Positions 9,913 through 20,015 of a stretch of 64,000 nucleotides of DNA are shown piece after piece. A program made the position numbers and the translations under genes. The stretch covers positions 960,001 to 1,024,000 of the forward strand of contig CP147779.1 in assembly GCA_037308085.1 (NCBI GenBank). Direction: 5' to 3'. Position 1 is the stretch's first letter. Each line of letters begins with the position of its first letter. Source of the DNA: Promethearchaeati archaeon SRVP18_Atabeyarchaeia-1 (GTDB taxonomy: Archaea > Asgardarchaeota > Atabeyarchaeia > Atabeyarchaeales > Atabeyarchaeaceae). Below the pieces are notes generated by a model, which saw only the letters and a program-made list of their open reading frames with translations, searched no databases and was not told the origin of the DNA.

Positions 9913-10572
9913 CTGCGTGCAGACATTGTCATACCAGTTAAGAGATTATCGGAGTCCAAGACCAGACTTTCAGAGATTCTCAGCTTAGATCACCGAAAAA
10001 TCCTAGTTCTCACAATGCTAGAAGATGTGGTGAATGCTATCAGTGAATCGAGCTTGGTCGAACGGACAACCATTTTGACTCCTGACAAGCAGGTCATGGA
10101 CCATGCTGCCGCACTGGGCGTAATGACCATGGCTGACCAGACCGAGCAAGGCATCAATGAATCTATTGCGATTGCGACGAAGTACGAGATCGAGGAAAGG
10201 AGTGGCATTCCTCTCTTGGTCTTACCTGTAGATGTCCCCTTGGTTAGATCGAGCACAATTGATGCCATAGTAAGAAAAGTCGATAGATCGCATGGATCCC
10301 TCGTCGTGATTTCGCCTTCAGCAACTAAGGGGACAAATGCGTTGCTTAGGAACCCACCAGATCTGATCCCTACTCGCTACGGCGCCAACAGTTTCGGGGC
10401 TCACGTTCAGGAAGCTGAGAGAAAGGGGATCCACCTGGAGATCTACCGTTCTGAGGACTTGGAGATTGATCTCGACACGCCACGTGATCTTTACGAGATT
10501 CTGAGGAAAGGAGATTCCACTAAGACCGCAACCTACCTGCAAGGTATTCTTCGAAATAGGGTGGACCAATAG
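9913..10572 (+). CDS. cofC: 2-phospho-L-lactate / PEP guanylyltransferase, probable CTG start
   Basis: Frame extends upstream of ATG 10015 as (L)RADIVIPVKRLSESKTRLS, the conserved CofC N-terminus; GTNAL, DLDTP.DL; in-frame TGA at 9901. Confidence 0.88.
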   Translation: MRADIVIPVKRLSESKTRLSEILSLDHRKILVLTMLEDVVNAISESSLVERTTILTPDKQVMDHAAALGVMTMADQTEQGINESIAIATKYEIEERSGIPLLVLPVDVPLVRSSTIDAIVRKVDRSHGSLVVISPSATKGTNALLRNPPDLIPTRYGANSFGAHVQEAERKGIHLEIYRSEDLEIDLDTPRDLYEILRKGDSTKTATYLQGILRNRVDQ

Positions 10573-10585
10573 TAGAGTTGAGGCA

Positions 10586-11608
10586 TTAGGTGAACATTGA
10601 TGATACGTCGAAGTTCTCGTCTGCTCGCCTGAAACCCAACTTGGGGCTCTGGCTCGTGCTATTGTTCTCGAGGATACCCTGACCATTCTTGACTCTGTCT
10701 AGCACTTCGTAACCTAGTATGTAGAGGGCATTGATTACGGGGGTTGCTGATGAGACGCCAACTTCTCCGCATAGCTCAACTACGTAGCTCATAAGAGTCT
10801 CTTTCCCGTCGTCTATGAAGAAGGTCTTTCCAAAACCATCAATGGCGGCCTCTATAACGTTGGCTTGAGCAGGGTTTGCGCTGTGTGAGAATCTTCCCAC
10901 CAAGCCCAAAGAGGCCTGTCTAATGTCATGGAAAACGCCGTAGGTTCTAATTACACAGCCCGGGACAAGCTTCCTGACTTTCCAATCACTCAAGATCTGC
11001 TTTGTCGAAGTGAAGACGGCAGCTATGTCTCTAATCCTCTCAAGCTTCCCAACTTCTCCTTCATCTAAAGCAGCAGTCTTGCCAATCGGAACAGACAGTT
11101 TGATTCTCTCTCCAATGCTGCTTCTCCAATGAGGAGAGGAGGGGTAGCATGTAACGTCATCTATTGCCGGCGTGTTGACGTAAAGCATGGTGGGCCTAAT
11201 CGATCTGTAGAATTCCTCGTAGGAAGCTTTGGTGAGACTGTCAGTGTCTATGCCACCATACTGCTTGAGAGATGCCCTGGTTTCTTCACTTGCCTCAATT
11301 GATTTCGCAGCATCGTGACCCTTTTCAGTGAACTGCACAACATGGTAGCCGCGGAATTTCTCATCGGAAATCCGACGGATCTGCACGTATCCCTTTTGGC
11401 TGAGCTCGGTCAAGGTGTCCATGCAGTCGGTGCTGAAGGGCCCTCTAAGGTACGGCGCAAATGTGAACTTGCCTTCGTCGGCGATTGCCCCCCTGTGCTG
11501 AAAAAGGAAAATTAGTTTCTGGAGTCTTTTTATTCCTCTGATCTGTCCGCTGAAGCATTTCAATACTAATAGAAGAGTCATCTCTTGGGGGCTGAAAATA
11601 TCATTCAT
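10586..11608 (-). CDS. Hypothetical protein with N-terminal winged-helix (YwgA/SocA-like) domain
   Basis: GIKRLQKLIFL...FAPYLRGPFS pattern; C-terminal half not recognised. Confidence 0.6.
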   Translation of the reverse strand: MNDIFSPQEMTLLLVLKCFSGQIRGIKRLQKLIFLFQHRGAIADEGKFTFAPYLRGPFSTDCMDTLTELSQKGYVQIRRISDEKFRGYHVVQFTEKGHDAAKSIEASEETRASLKQYGGIDTDSLTKASYEEFYRSIRPTMLYVNTPAIDDVTCYPSSPHWRSSIGERIKLSVPIGKTAALDEGEVGKLERIRDIAAVFTSTKQILSDWKVRKLVPGCVIRTYGVFHDIRQASLGLVGRFSHSANPAQANVIEAAIDGFGKTFFIDDGKETLMSYVVELCGEVGVSSATPVINALYILGYEVLDRVKNGQGILENNSTSQSPKLGFRRADENFDVSSMFT

Positions 11609-11719
11609 TTTAGCATCGCTCTGGGGCTCCGTTGGTGGTTTGTGTCATATGGAAGGTATTTAAACTGCCCTATCGCGATGCCCATCGTCTGACGCGGGTG
11701 GAAGAATCCATCAAGTTGT

Positions 11720-12625
11720 TTATCTCTTGATTCCTCTTGCTATGGCAGGGGCAGCGCTGACGTAACTGATTACGGAGGGTATGGTGTCCGATCCAACAAC
11801 CATCTCTGCTCCGGCCTCGTACACTTTCATTAAGGCATTCTCTACTAGGACGGGATGGCTAGTCGCAACGTAGACTTTGTTAACGCCATTTCTCTTAAGA
11901 ACATTTACAGCCTGCACTATTGTTCCACCTGTCGATATTATGTCGTCTATTATCAGAGCGTCTCTTCCCTTCAGTGAAAGCTCGCGAGGTTTTATTTCAA
12001 CTTCACCGAACTTCCCGCCTTCGTCTGAGGTGACTCTATGTTTCTCAAGAACATCATAGTCTGCCTCCAGTTCCTTAGCGGCTACCCTCGCCCACTGCTC
12101 CGCCTCCTCATCGGGTCCTATGACTGCGGGATTCTTCATTTTAACAGTTTGCTTTATGTATCTCGCCAAATCGGGAACGACTGTCAGGTTGGTTGAAGGA
12201 ATTTTGAAGAGTTCTGAGATGCTGCCGATTCTGTGAAGGTGCAAATCGACAGTGTACACCTCACTTGTTCCGACCGACTCGATCATGTTGCATACTGTTT
12301 TCAGCGAGAATGCTTCCCCTGGATTGAAGCGCCCGTCCTGTCTTGCGTAGGCGAAATAGGGGATTATTCCCCTGACCTTGGAAGCGCCCAGATCTCTCAA
12401 GTTGTCGACTATAAGGAAGTACTCCAGAAGGAAATCATCCGGTTGCATATACATCGACTGAACAAAGTTGACAACTTTCCCTTCAACATCTCCTAGGACG
12501 CGTATGTATCTCTCGCCATCAGGGAACTTTTTGAGATCAAGCTTTAGAAGAGGGATGCCTGACTCTCTGGCGAGTTTCAAAGCGAATACTTGGGCAGATG
12601 ACCCGCCAATAACGACTTCTTCCAT
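11720..12625 (-). CDS. prs: Ribose-phosphate pyrophosphokinase
   Basis: FPDGE, PYFAYARQD, VDLH, IIDDIISTGGT. Confidence 0.95.
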   Translation of the reverse strand: MEEVVIGGSSAQVFALKLARESGIPLLKLDLKKFPDGERYIRVLGDVEGKVVNFVQSMYMQPDDFLLEYFLIVDNLRDLGASKVRGIIPYFAYARQDGRFNPGEAFSLKTVCNMIESVGTSEVYTVDLHLHRIGSISELFKIPSTNLTVVPDLARYIKQTVKMKNPAVIGPDEEAEQWARVAAKELEADYDVLEKHRVTSDEGGKFGEVEIKPRELSLKGRDALIIDDIISTGGTIVQAVNVLKRNGVNKVYVATSHPVLVENALMKVYEAGAEMVVGSDTIPSVISYVSAAPAIARGIKR

Positions 12626-12710
12626 GATTGAACACACACTCTATAAGATCCCTGTTTTTTCAGAAATAGTCTAGCCTGGGAACTAAATAAAAATCTTCTG
12701 TGTTTCCTGC

Positions 12711-13664
12711 CTAGCTTGTGTCTCTCCATGATTCGAGAGCCTTATCAAGAGCCTGCTTGTCTGGGCTGCAGCGGGTTTCAGCTTTCGAGGCCTTCAGCCC
12801 CCCCGCGATCGTGGCTCTCTCCAGAGACTGCGCCACGGAAAACCCCTGCGCCATTGAAGCAGAGAGTACACCTAGGAAGGCGTCTCCGCATCCAGTCGTA
12901 TTGACGACTTTCAAGCCGAGTTTCTCGAGTGGTAGTGCAGGCAGTCTCAAGGTCTCGCCGTCTCTTCCCGCGTAGGCGCACCCTTTCTCTCCGAGCTTGA
13001 CTATTACGCCCATATCTAAGTCGTGGTTCTTCAGCTTCCTCCTCACTTCTGAAGGATCGTCTGAGCCTGCGAATTGTTGGCTTTCCACAGAGTTCAACAC
13101 GAGAATAGATACGTTCCTCAGGACAGTCTTGAGCTTCTCTGCGCCAGCCTGAAGTTTCGTCCCCGCGTCATATAGAATAGTGGCGTCGTGTTCGGTTCCA
13201 AGGGCAGAGATTCTCTCAGCTGTGGACACGAGTGGGTCACTTATGGCAATCACCTTGCAGTCACTGATCGTCGCGAGGTTCTCCGGTCGGACAAGATCTT
13301 CGGGTAGAAGGTGATGGTTCGCCCCAAATAGGGTTTCTATGAAATTCGATCCGTTTCTGTCAATCGTGATATACGCTTGGCCTGATTCGATGCCTCGCAC
13401 AACTTTGATGTGAGAGACATCAATTCCTTCCTCGGCAAGGGTCTCGACCTGCCCCCTCCCAATGTCGTCAGTCCCCACGGCTCCGAATACTGCAACCCTG
13501 TTTCGGTGGGATACCCTCGCAGCTGCGACCGCGGTGTTTGCAGCTTTGCCTCCCGGAACCCTGGTGACTTGCCTTACCGTTACCTCCTCCCCGACGACCG
13601 GGAAATTATCCACCCATATGTTGATGTCCCAGTTGATTGCCCCTATGGTGATCACTTCGATCAA
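12711..13664 (-). CDS. PfkB-family carbohydrate/nucleoside kinase
   Basis: PGGKAANTA, N..E, KLGEKG, NTTGCGDAF; GGAGG RBS upstream of TTG. Confidence 0.9.
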   Translation of the reverse strand: MIEVITIGAINWDINIWVDNFPVVGEEVTVRQVTRVPGGKAANTAVAAARVSHRNRVAVFGAVGTDDIGRGQVETLAEEGIDVSHIKVVRGIESGQAYITIDRNGSNFIETLFGANHHLLPEDLVRPENLATISDCKVIAISDPLVSTAERISALGTEHDATILYDAGTKLQAGAEKLKTVLRNVSILVLNSVESQQFAGSDDPSEVRRKLKNHDLDMGVIVKLGEKGCAYAGRDGETLRLPALPLEKLGLKVVNTTGCGDAFLGVLSASMAQGFSVAQSLERATIAGGLKASKAETRCSPDKQALDKALESWRDTS

Positions 13665-13886
13665 TTACGTCACTCCTCCAGGCATTCATACTTGGGTCGC
13701 GTGACTGAAATAGGTTTCCAAAGCACGGATGCCTTGACCCGTAAGCTCGTCGGCGCCGGCCAAAAGCAAAAAAACGGCAACTTCGAAGTTGTTGTACCCC
13801 TAAGCGAAAGTATTTAACGGACGATGGTTCAGAGTTCATTGCCATAATGCCAGCTTGCAGCGCGGACTCCTGGAACCCCCGTACAT

Positions 13887-14708
13887 ATGGCGCCAACCAG
13901 ATTCCAAGGGGGGTTAGTACAAATTCCATATGAAAAGCATCTGAGCAGCAACAATGTCGAACTCCTCCTGATCGATATGGATGGAACTCTTGGCTTTTCC
14001 TTGATTCCAGAGGAGCAGGCCATTTCGGCTGCAATAAAGTGGATCTCAGATGAAGTCACCAAGTTGGCTGGGCTCCCAGTCAGCGAGGAAGAAGTTAAAC
14101 AGATCTACAAGCAGACAAAACTCAAGCAGTACAAGTTGTACCCGCTTCAGACACGTAGACATGACAAGACTCTCCGCTTCACGCTCCTGCTGGAAGACAT
14201 CTCGCGTGTCAAGCGAATAAAGATCCCCAGGAAAATGGTTGAAGACGCCATGAAGATATATTGGCAGGTTTTTGAGAGAAACGCCGCGGCCTATCCAGGC
14301 ACTCATTCGACGCTTGAAGCCTTGAAACAGCGTCACAGGATTGTCGTGATAACGAATAATGGAAAAGTCGAAGGTGAGAAGAAGCGCAGGATCTTCGGTC
14401 TGGAGCCTGACAAGCACTACGACCTATTCATAACATCCGATGAGCTCGGAGGGACCTGCAAGCCATCAGAAGCATACTTTGACAGAGTCTTGAAACGGAT
14501 AAAGTCATCATTACAGCTAGACGTGCCTCCTGAAAGAATCATCGTTATTGGGGACGACCCTGCCGGGGATATAACCCTAGCAAACATGTGCGGAGTCCAG
14601 AGCATCAGGGTGAAGAAAGACCTCCACTCAACAGAAGAGCCGAAGAACGACCTGGAAAAAGCTTCCAGAGAAATCAACGAAGTAGACGAGTTGCTAGAGA
14701 TTCTCTGA
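13887..14708 (+). CDS. HAD-superfamily hydrolase
   Basis: DMDGTL, ITNN, KP, IGDD...DI; start uncertain. Confidence 0.85.
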   Translation: MAPTRFQGGLVQIPYEKHLSSNNVELLLIDMDGTLGFSLIPEEQAISAAIKWISDEVTKLAGLPVSEEEVKQIYKQTKLKQYKLYPLQTRRHDKTLRFTLLLEDISRVKRIKIPRKMVEDAMKIYWQVFERNAAAYPGTHSTLEALKQRHRIVVITNNGKVEGEKKRRIFGLEPDKHYDLFITSDELGGTCKPSEAYFDRVLKRIKSSLQLDVPPERIIVIGDDPAGDITLANMCGVQSIRVKKDLHSTEEPKNDLEKASREINEVDELLEIL

Positions 14709-14835
14709 ACACGCCTAGGTACCTGGTAGCTTCTTGGGTTGTCCTCTTAAGCGAGATTCCAAAAAAATTGTTGAGGAAAGGCTGGATTCGCTCTTTTCCT
14801 CCAATCAACTACAGCCATACCTTAGGTTTGACCCT

Positions 14836-15321
14836 CTACCTTCTTGGTGGTCTTCTTCCGCGACCTCGTCCGCCGCGGTCATCTAGGTCTCTGTAAAGTG
14901 GTCTGAACCTCGGCTTGAAATCTCTGCCGCCACCGCCACCAAAGCGTCTCGGCTGCTGCTCCACAACCCTCTCCGACAGATTGTTCTCGGTGTTTACGTT
15001 TGCAATCTCAGCGTTGCTGTCTGAGATCTGACCAAACCTTCCAATGTTCAACCTCATGGAGCCCTTGAAAACTGAGACATAGCCGTTCTTTATGTCAACG
15101 TTCTTGCCTTCGGAGACCTTGCCGATAGCGTCGTCCCAAAGCGTCAAGAGAATTGATCCAGAGTCGTCACCAACCAGAGCTTCGGTGACTTTGTGTGTCG
15201 AACCATCAGCTCTGGAGCTGACTTCCCTGGGCTGGCTCACGTTGGAAACATGAACCACCACGTTTACTTGCCTAGAGCGCTCGTTGAGTTCGCTTACCTT
15301 CATGCTTCTTTCTTCAACCAA
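14836..15321 (-). CDS. ssb: Single-stranded DNA-binding protein, single OB fold with Arg/Gly-rich tail
   Basis: MKVSEL, VGDDSG.I.LTLWD, NGYVSVFKG..RLNIGRFG. Confidence 0.88.
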   Translation of the reverse strand: MVEERSMKVSELNERSRQVNVVVHVSNVSQPREVSSRADGSTHKVTEALVGDDSGSILLTLWDDAIGKVSEGKNVDIKNGYVSVFKGSMRLNIGRFGQISDSNAEIANVNTENNLSERVVEQQPRRFGGGGGRDFKPRFRPLYRDLDDRGGRGRGRRPPRR

Positions 15322-15645
15322 TGCTAAGATCCTTCTTGCTAAACAGCTTGCTTCTCCTCTTGTCTACCGACCAGCTACTCATAACAAAACGAGTCCGGTG
15401 GTTTGAAAAACAACTCCCTTAACGAATATTTAAACGTGTCGCGTATGATCATTCTCTTCTCGACGATTCTGATGGCTACTCATCGCTGCCTCCACCGATC
15501 CTGATGTTCTCCCATTGCGAATTGAACGTGAATCTTGCGATGTTCCCATTGATAACAACAACCTAAATATGCAGACAGTTCGAAGTATCATTGAACTAGG
15601 CAACCATTTGAAGTCTACATCGGAAATGACGGGGAGAAGAATACC

Positions 15646-17037
15646 ATGGCAAAGTGGGACGGGTTAGCGATAAGGCGTCTGGCGACCTTTGCATTTATCT
15701 CAATGATTCTCTTGGTCTCCATAGTTCCGGTTGTACAGACAAGTAACGGGTCCCTAAATCCTCAGACTGCTAACACGGGTGCAAACACCGGAGTTTCTCC
15801 AAGCCCTTCGTCATTCTCAATAGCCTCACAGAAGTCTCCTTCTCCAAAAGAAGAGAAAGTGATCGTAGTTCGGGCAGTGTTCCCAGACCACCCCTCCTTC
15901 GCTGACGTGAACGCCATGAGTTCACTGTTTGTGGGCGGGGTTAAGAGCTACTACCAAGAGGTCTCCTACAACCAAGTCTACTTAAACACGACGTTCATAA
16001 GCAAGCCCTACCCGATGAGCCAGAACGAAGCGGACTACATACCTGGAAATGGATTAGAACTCCTTGTTCGAGAGGCTTTGACTGATGCGCTGGCTGACGT
16101 TAATGCCTTAGGAGGGTACCAGATCTTTAAGCACATCGTTATCGTACACAGTGGACCGGATCAAGCTGCGACTGGCAATCCGTCTGACATTATATCGGAG
16201 TTCATTTACAGTATGAACCTGTTTGTGGGCGGCGTTAAGATCACGAATGCTTGTATGGTATCTGAGAGCGATCCTCTTGGTGTTGTTGTTCATGAACTTG
16301 GTCACAGTCAGGGCTTGCCTGATCTCTATAATTATGCCACCTCGGGCATTGACAACTTCGTCGGTGAATGGGATTTGATGGCCACGGGTTCTTGGAGCCC
16401 TGGTGGGCAGGGAAGTTCTCCAACTCATTTGACAACGTGGTGTAAGATCGAACTGGGCTGGATTGGGCTAACGCAGATCGTCAATTTGAATCAGTCATGG
16501 ATAGGCAGCGGGCACAATGCAACAGTATTCCTGGATCCTCAGGAGCTGCTTGGGAATACGCTGGCAATAAAGATACTGCTGAACAATGGTACGTTTTACT
16601 TGGTAGAGGCTAGGATGATGGTGGGATACGACGTATCGATTCCCGCGAACGGTGTTCTCGTACTTTTCTGCGACAATTCAAAGCAGAGCGGTCACGGCAT
16701 AGTCAGAGTCATGAGCGCCAACCCGCCCAGCTTGGGTGCGGGGGCCGCATTCAACGTGGGCTGGTTTGCCCAACCCTTCTACGGAGACAAGCTCACTGAT
16801 ATAGGAGTTAAGGTGCAGAACAAGTGGAGCAATGGAACCTACAAGATATTCATCGGAACCTACAACGAAGCGCGTAGCGCGCCAGTAGAATATCAAGATA
16901 CGTCAATTCCACTCTTGGTTCTAGCGGGTTTCGTCTTTGCTCTCGTGATTATTGCAGTGACTGTCTACGTAAAGAAAGGAAGACAGAGAAACAGTAAGAC
17001 CGGATATGAGACCGTTCCCATGATAAAACTATCTTAG
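15646..17037 (+). CDS. M6-family (immune inhibitor A-like) membrane-anchored metalloprotease
   Basis: Signal peptide, HELGHSQGLPDLY, WDLMATGSW, C-terminal TM helix. Confidence 0.88.
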   Translation: MAKWDGLAIRRLATFAFISMILLVSIVPVVQTSNGSLNPQTANTGANTGVSPSPSSFSIASQKSPSPKEEKVIVVRAVFPDHPSFADVNAMSSLFVGGVKSYYQEVSYNQVYLNTTFISKPYPMSQNEADYIPGNGLELLVREALTDALADVNALGGYQIFKHIVIVHSGPDQAATGNPSDIISEFIYSMNLFVGGVKITNACMVSESDPLGVVVHELGHSQGLPDLYNYATSGIDNFVGEWDLMATGSWSPGGQGSSPTHLTTWCKIELGWIGLTQIVNLNQSWIGSGHNATVFLDPQELLGNTLAIKILLNNGTFYLVEARMMVGYDVSIPANGVLVLFCDNSKQSGHGIVRVMSANPPSLGAGAAFNVGWFAQPFYGDKLTDIGVKVQNKWSNGTYKIFIGTYNEARSAPVEYQDTSIPLLVLAGFVFALVIIAVTVYVKKGRQRNSKTGYETVPMIKLS

Positions 17038-17183
17038 GGACCAAGTTCCCTGGCTTGGAGCAACACAATTGTGAGTAGCGACAGACGAGCTGCTCCCCCT
17101 TCTACTATTTTTTGTCTCACTAAGGCGCTACGAGATAGCGAAGAGGCGATAGCCATTCTATGGGCCAGCCGCTCTCTGATTCC

Positions 17184-18521
17184 TCAGAGTCCTTGAAGTG
17201 GTGAGGACAAACCCCATTCCTTCAGGTTCTCGCTGACCTTCTCATCGATCTTCGACTTGGTGAGTCTTCTGATCTGGTTCGGCTTGTATGAGCCGATGTC
17301 TGTTAGGATTTCGGTGACGTTTTCCGGTGGCGTTACATCAAAGGCTGGGTTGTAAACCAAGACTCTGCCACTTTCCGGCTTACTGCCCTTCACCAACTTG
17401 TCGCTTGGCGGCCATTCGTCCAGTGCTTGCGCGGAGATAATCCCTCGCCGTTTCTTGTCCTCCGCCTCAAGCCTATACGGGTAAGTGAATTCCTCTATGT
17501 TCCTTACTTCAATTGGTATGTCCCTACCGCGCTCAGTGCCCAGGTCTATCGTGGAGTAGGACGTGCAGTAGTAGAAGGGAAGTCCATACTCGTGAAACAC
17601 TGATGCCGCATCCGCCGACCCGATCTTGTTCGCGACAGATCCATCCTTTGCGACTCTGTCCACTCCAAGCATAGCTTTATTCAATCCGTATTTCCGAATT
17701 GCGGCGTTTGTCATGCCATCAGTTATGGCAATAACTGGCAGACCGCAGCGCAGCGCCTCCCAGATGGTAATCTTGAAACCCTGAGATCTGGGTCTGGTCT
17801 CGTGGGAGACCAGCACGACGTCCACGCCATCAGCGTAGGCCTCTTCAATCCCGCATGTGGCATGAGCCCCATAGGAACCCGCTAGGCCGGCATTGCAGTG
17901 GTGGAGGATTACGTCGCCATTTTTCAGGTGCTTCCTAATTTCCTTCCTGGTGAAAGCGTTAAGCGCCAAGTCGGATGCCAGTATGTAGTCTGCCACGTCC
18001 CTTACGGCTTCAACGATACCATCGACTGTCATACCTTTGCTGAAAGCCCTCTCTGCCGCTTCCATCGCCAGGTTCACTGCCCAGGGTAATGGCTGCGCAG
18101 TCGGTCTTGCGTTTGCTATGAACTCTCCCTTGGGCTTGAGTTCCTCCATGAAACTCTGGGGAACTTTGGTTGCCTTCGCCGTGCTTACTGCAGCAAGGAG
18201 CATACAGTATCCACCCGCGACGCCGATGGCTTGGCTACCTCGAATTATCAGCTCCTTGATTCCAGGATCAGCTCCTTGTTTCCAGTCTTTTGTAGCCCAC
18301 GTTGTCACCTCGAAGGGGAGTTTTGTCTGATCTAGGTAAATGAGTTCCTCTTTCTCATGGTTATAGAATATCGTCAATGGTATGTGCGTCTTTTCATGAA
18401 CGTGGATCCCAACCGCTCCGTCATACTCCAAGCCGATCTTCCGAATCACGCCGTCAACGTCAATGGGCAAGTAGCTTATTCCTCCTTCATGAGTAAACCG
18501 AGCTGTACCGTGGGCAAACAA
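17184..18521 (-). CDS. mtnA: Methylthioribose-1-phosphate isomerase (eIF2B-related family)
   Basis: LDQTKLP, IRG..AIG, ARPTA, HCNAG, ETRP..QG, ANKIG, NPAFDVTP. Confidence 0.8.
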   Translation of the reverse strand: MFAHGTARFTHEGGISYLPIDVDGVIRKIGLEYDGAVGIHVHEKTHIPLTIFYNHEKEELIYLDQTKLPFEVTTWATKDWKQGADPGIKELIIRGSQAIGVAGGYCMLLAAVSTAKATKVPQSFMEELKPKGEFIANARPTAQPLPWAVNLAMEAAERAFSKGMTVDGIVEAVRDVADYILASDLALNAFTRKEIRKHLKNGDVILHHCNAGLAGSYGAHATCGIEEAYADGVDVVLVSHETRPRSQGFKITIWEALRCGLPVIAITDGMTNAAIRKYGLNKAMLGVDRVAKDGSVANKIGSADAASVFHEYGLPFYYCTSYSTIDLGTERGRDIPIEVRNIEEFTYPYRLEAEDKKRRGIISAQALDEWPPSDKLVKGSKPESGRVLVYNPAFDVTPPENVTEILTDIGSYKPNQIRRLTKSKIDEKVSENLKEWGLSSPLQGL

Positions 18522-18670
18522 AACTAGTTCTCAGCATGGGTGCCAGCCTTAAGTTGATACTTGCACATTTCCTTTAAACCTTACGATCCACGGAAAAGAG
18601 AAAGTACTAGCCAACTAAGAGTCCATCATGAGCCAGTTCAGACACGCTAGGATGGAAGTGGCTTCTGCTG

Positions 18671-19765
18671 TTATTCCTTCTCGTCAGTCTTCTTTTTTTC
18701 GATTATAGGCTCTCCCAGAGCCAGTTCCTCTAGCTTCTTCAAGGCCTTCTCCAAGTCTTTTTCAAGTTCCCCTTCCACCACTTTAGCAAAAGTGTCAGAG
18801 TCAGAGACTATCGTCGTCCTCTTAGTCTTGTCATACGCCCCCTTAGCTAAGACATCGATTGCTTTCTCGGGCTCCCTCACAATTACCTCTTGTGTCTCCT
18901 TGGGCGCTGGTACTCCCTTCATTCTGACAAGCTTCTCCCCCATCTTCTTGATCCTTACAACTGGAGTAGATGTTGCAATCCCCTGCTTTACAGGTGCGAC
19001 AACATCTGTTAGCCTTCTTTTTTCTCTGAACGCTTCGAAAAGGATGTGAGAAATCGATAGTTCGCTTATTATGGATGCAGGCTTATCAAGCTCGAAGAGA
19101 AGATCATAGTTGTCATTGATGCTTTCAACTTCTTCTTCGGACTTCCCAGTACGGAGACCGTTCATGATCATCTCCGCTCTTTCGCGTGCCCTCTGCTTCT
19201 CGACGACAAACAATTTTGACGCATCAGTTGGGGTGAGCCCTGTGATCATAGTCGTGAAGAACACCGCGGTATCAGCTGTCGTAGCAAGGGGGTGGTAAGC
19301 TCTCCATTCGGTAACAATCGGCTGAATGAAGCCTTCAATAATCTCCTTGGACTTGTTCTGAAACTCCAAAGCCGCTTTCGGTCCCTCTCCAATTCTCTTC
19401 TCATCCAGTGCAAGCAGCTCAATTGCCTTGCCAACATAGGTGGAGAATATGGAGAGAAGAAACTTGTCCCACATCGCTTCCTTCTGGATCGAGGTCATTT
19501 CAACCGCGCTTATGTCCCCATAGAGACTCTCCATGAACCTGAGGTTTTCTTCGACATCGGCTCTCCCGCTGTCTTCGAACAGCTGCAGGATGTAAGCCTT
19601 CTGTGGCGCGGTTTGGAACTTTCTAGTAAGCTCCTCAAGCACTCTGCTTGGTATCGGCTCAAGCTGTATCGGCACCTCATCCAGCATGGACTCGGACTTT
19701 GCCTTTGCCGTTGATATCCTGCCGATTGCCAGCAACTCGTGCTTCAGACTGTCGTCGTCCTCCAT
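18671..19765 (-). CDS. Hypothetical soluble protein, charged and helical
   Basis: 364-aa ORF between mtnP and mtnA; no motif recognised. Confidence 0.7.
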   Translation of the reverse strand: MEDDDSLKHELLAIGRISTAKAKSESMLDEVPIQLEPIPSRVLEELTRKFQTAPQKAYILQLFEDSGRADVEENLRFMESLYGDISAVEMTSIQKEAMWDKFLLSIFSTYVGKAIELLALDEKRIGEGPKAALEFQNKSKEIIEGFIQPIVTEWRAYHPLATTADTAVFFTTMITGLTPTDASKLFVVEKQRARERAEMIMNGLRTGKSEEEVESINDNYDLLFELDKPASIISELSISHILFEAFREKRRLTDVVAPVKQGIATSTPVVRIKKMGEKLVRMKGVPAPKETQEVIVREPEKAIDVLAKGAYDKTKRTTIVSDSDTFAKVVEGELEKDLEKALKKLEELALGEPIIEKKKTDEKE

Positions 19766-20015
19766 TGCATCCTCAACTTCTCACGCATTTTGTCAATTTG
19801 AATCTAGGTAATCTTCGCAGTATAGCCTTTTGCACGATTGGGATTACAATACACAGAAGGCATAATCATAAAATAAACACTACGCTCGTTGCTTATAAGT
19901 CGTACAACTGTTATTGTGAACTTCGGGGTTTGTTGATTTCTCATTTCCCTGAAAAAGAGGAGTTCTGGGAGGCAAGAATATACGCCCGTCGGCTATTCTC
20001 TGCCTCTCGTTCCAC

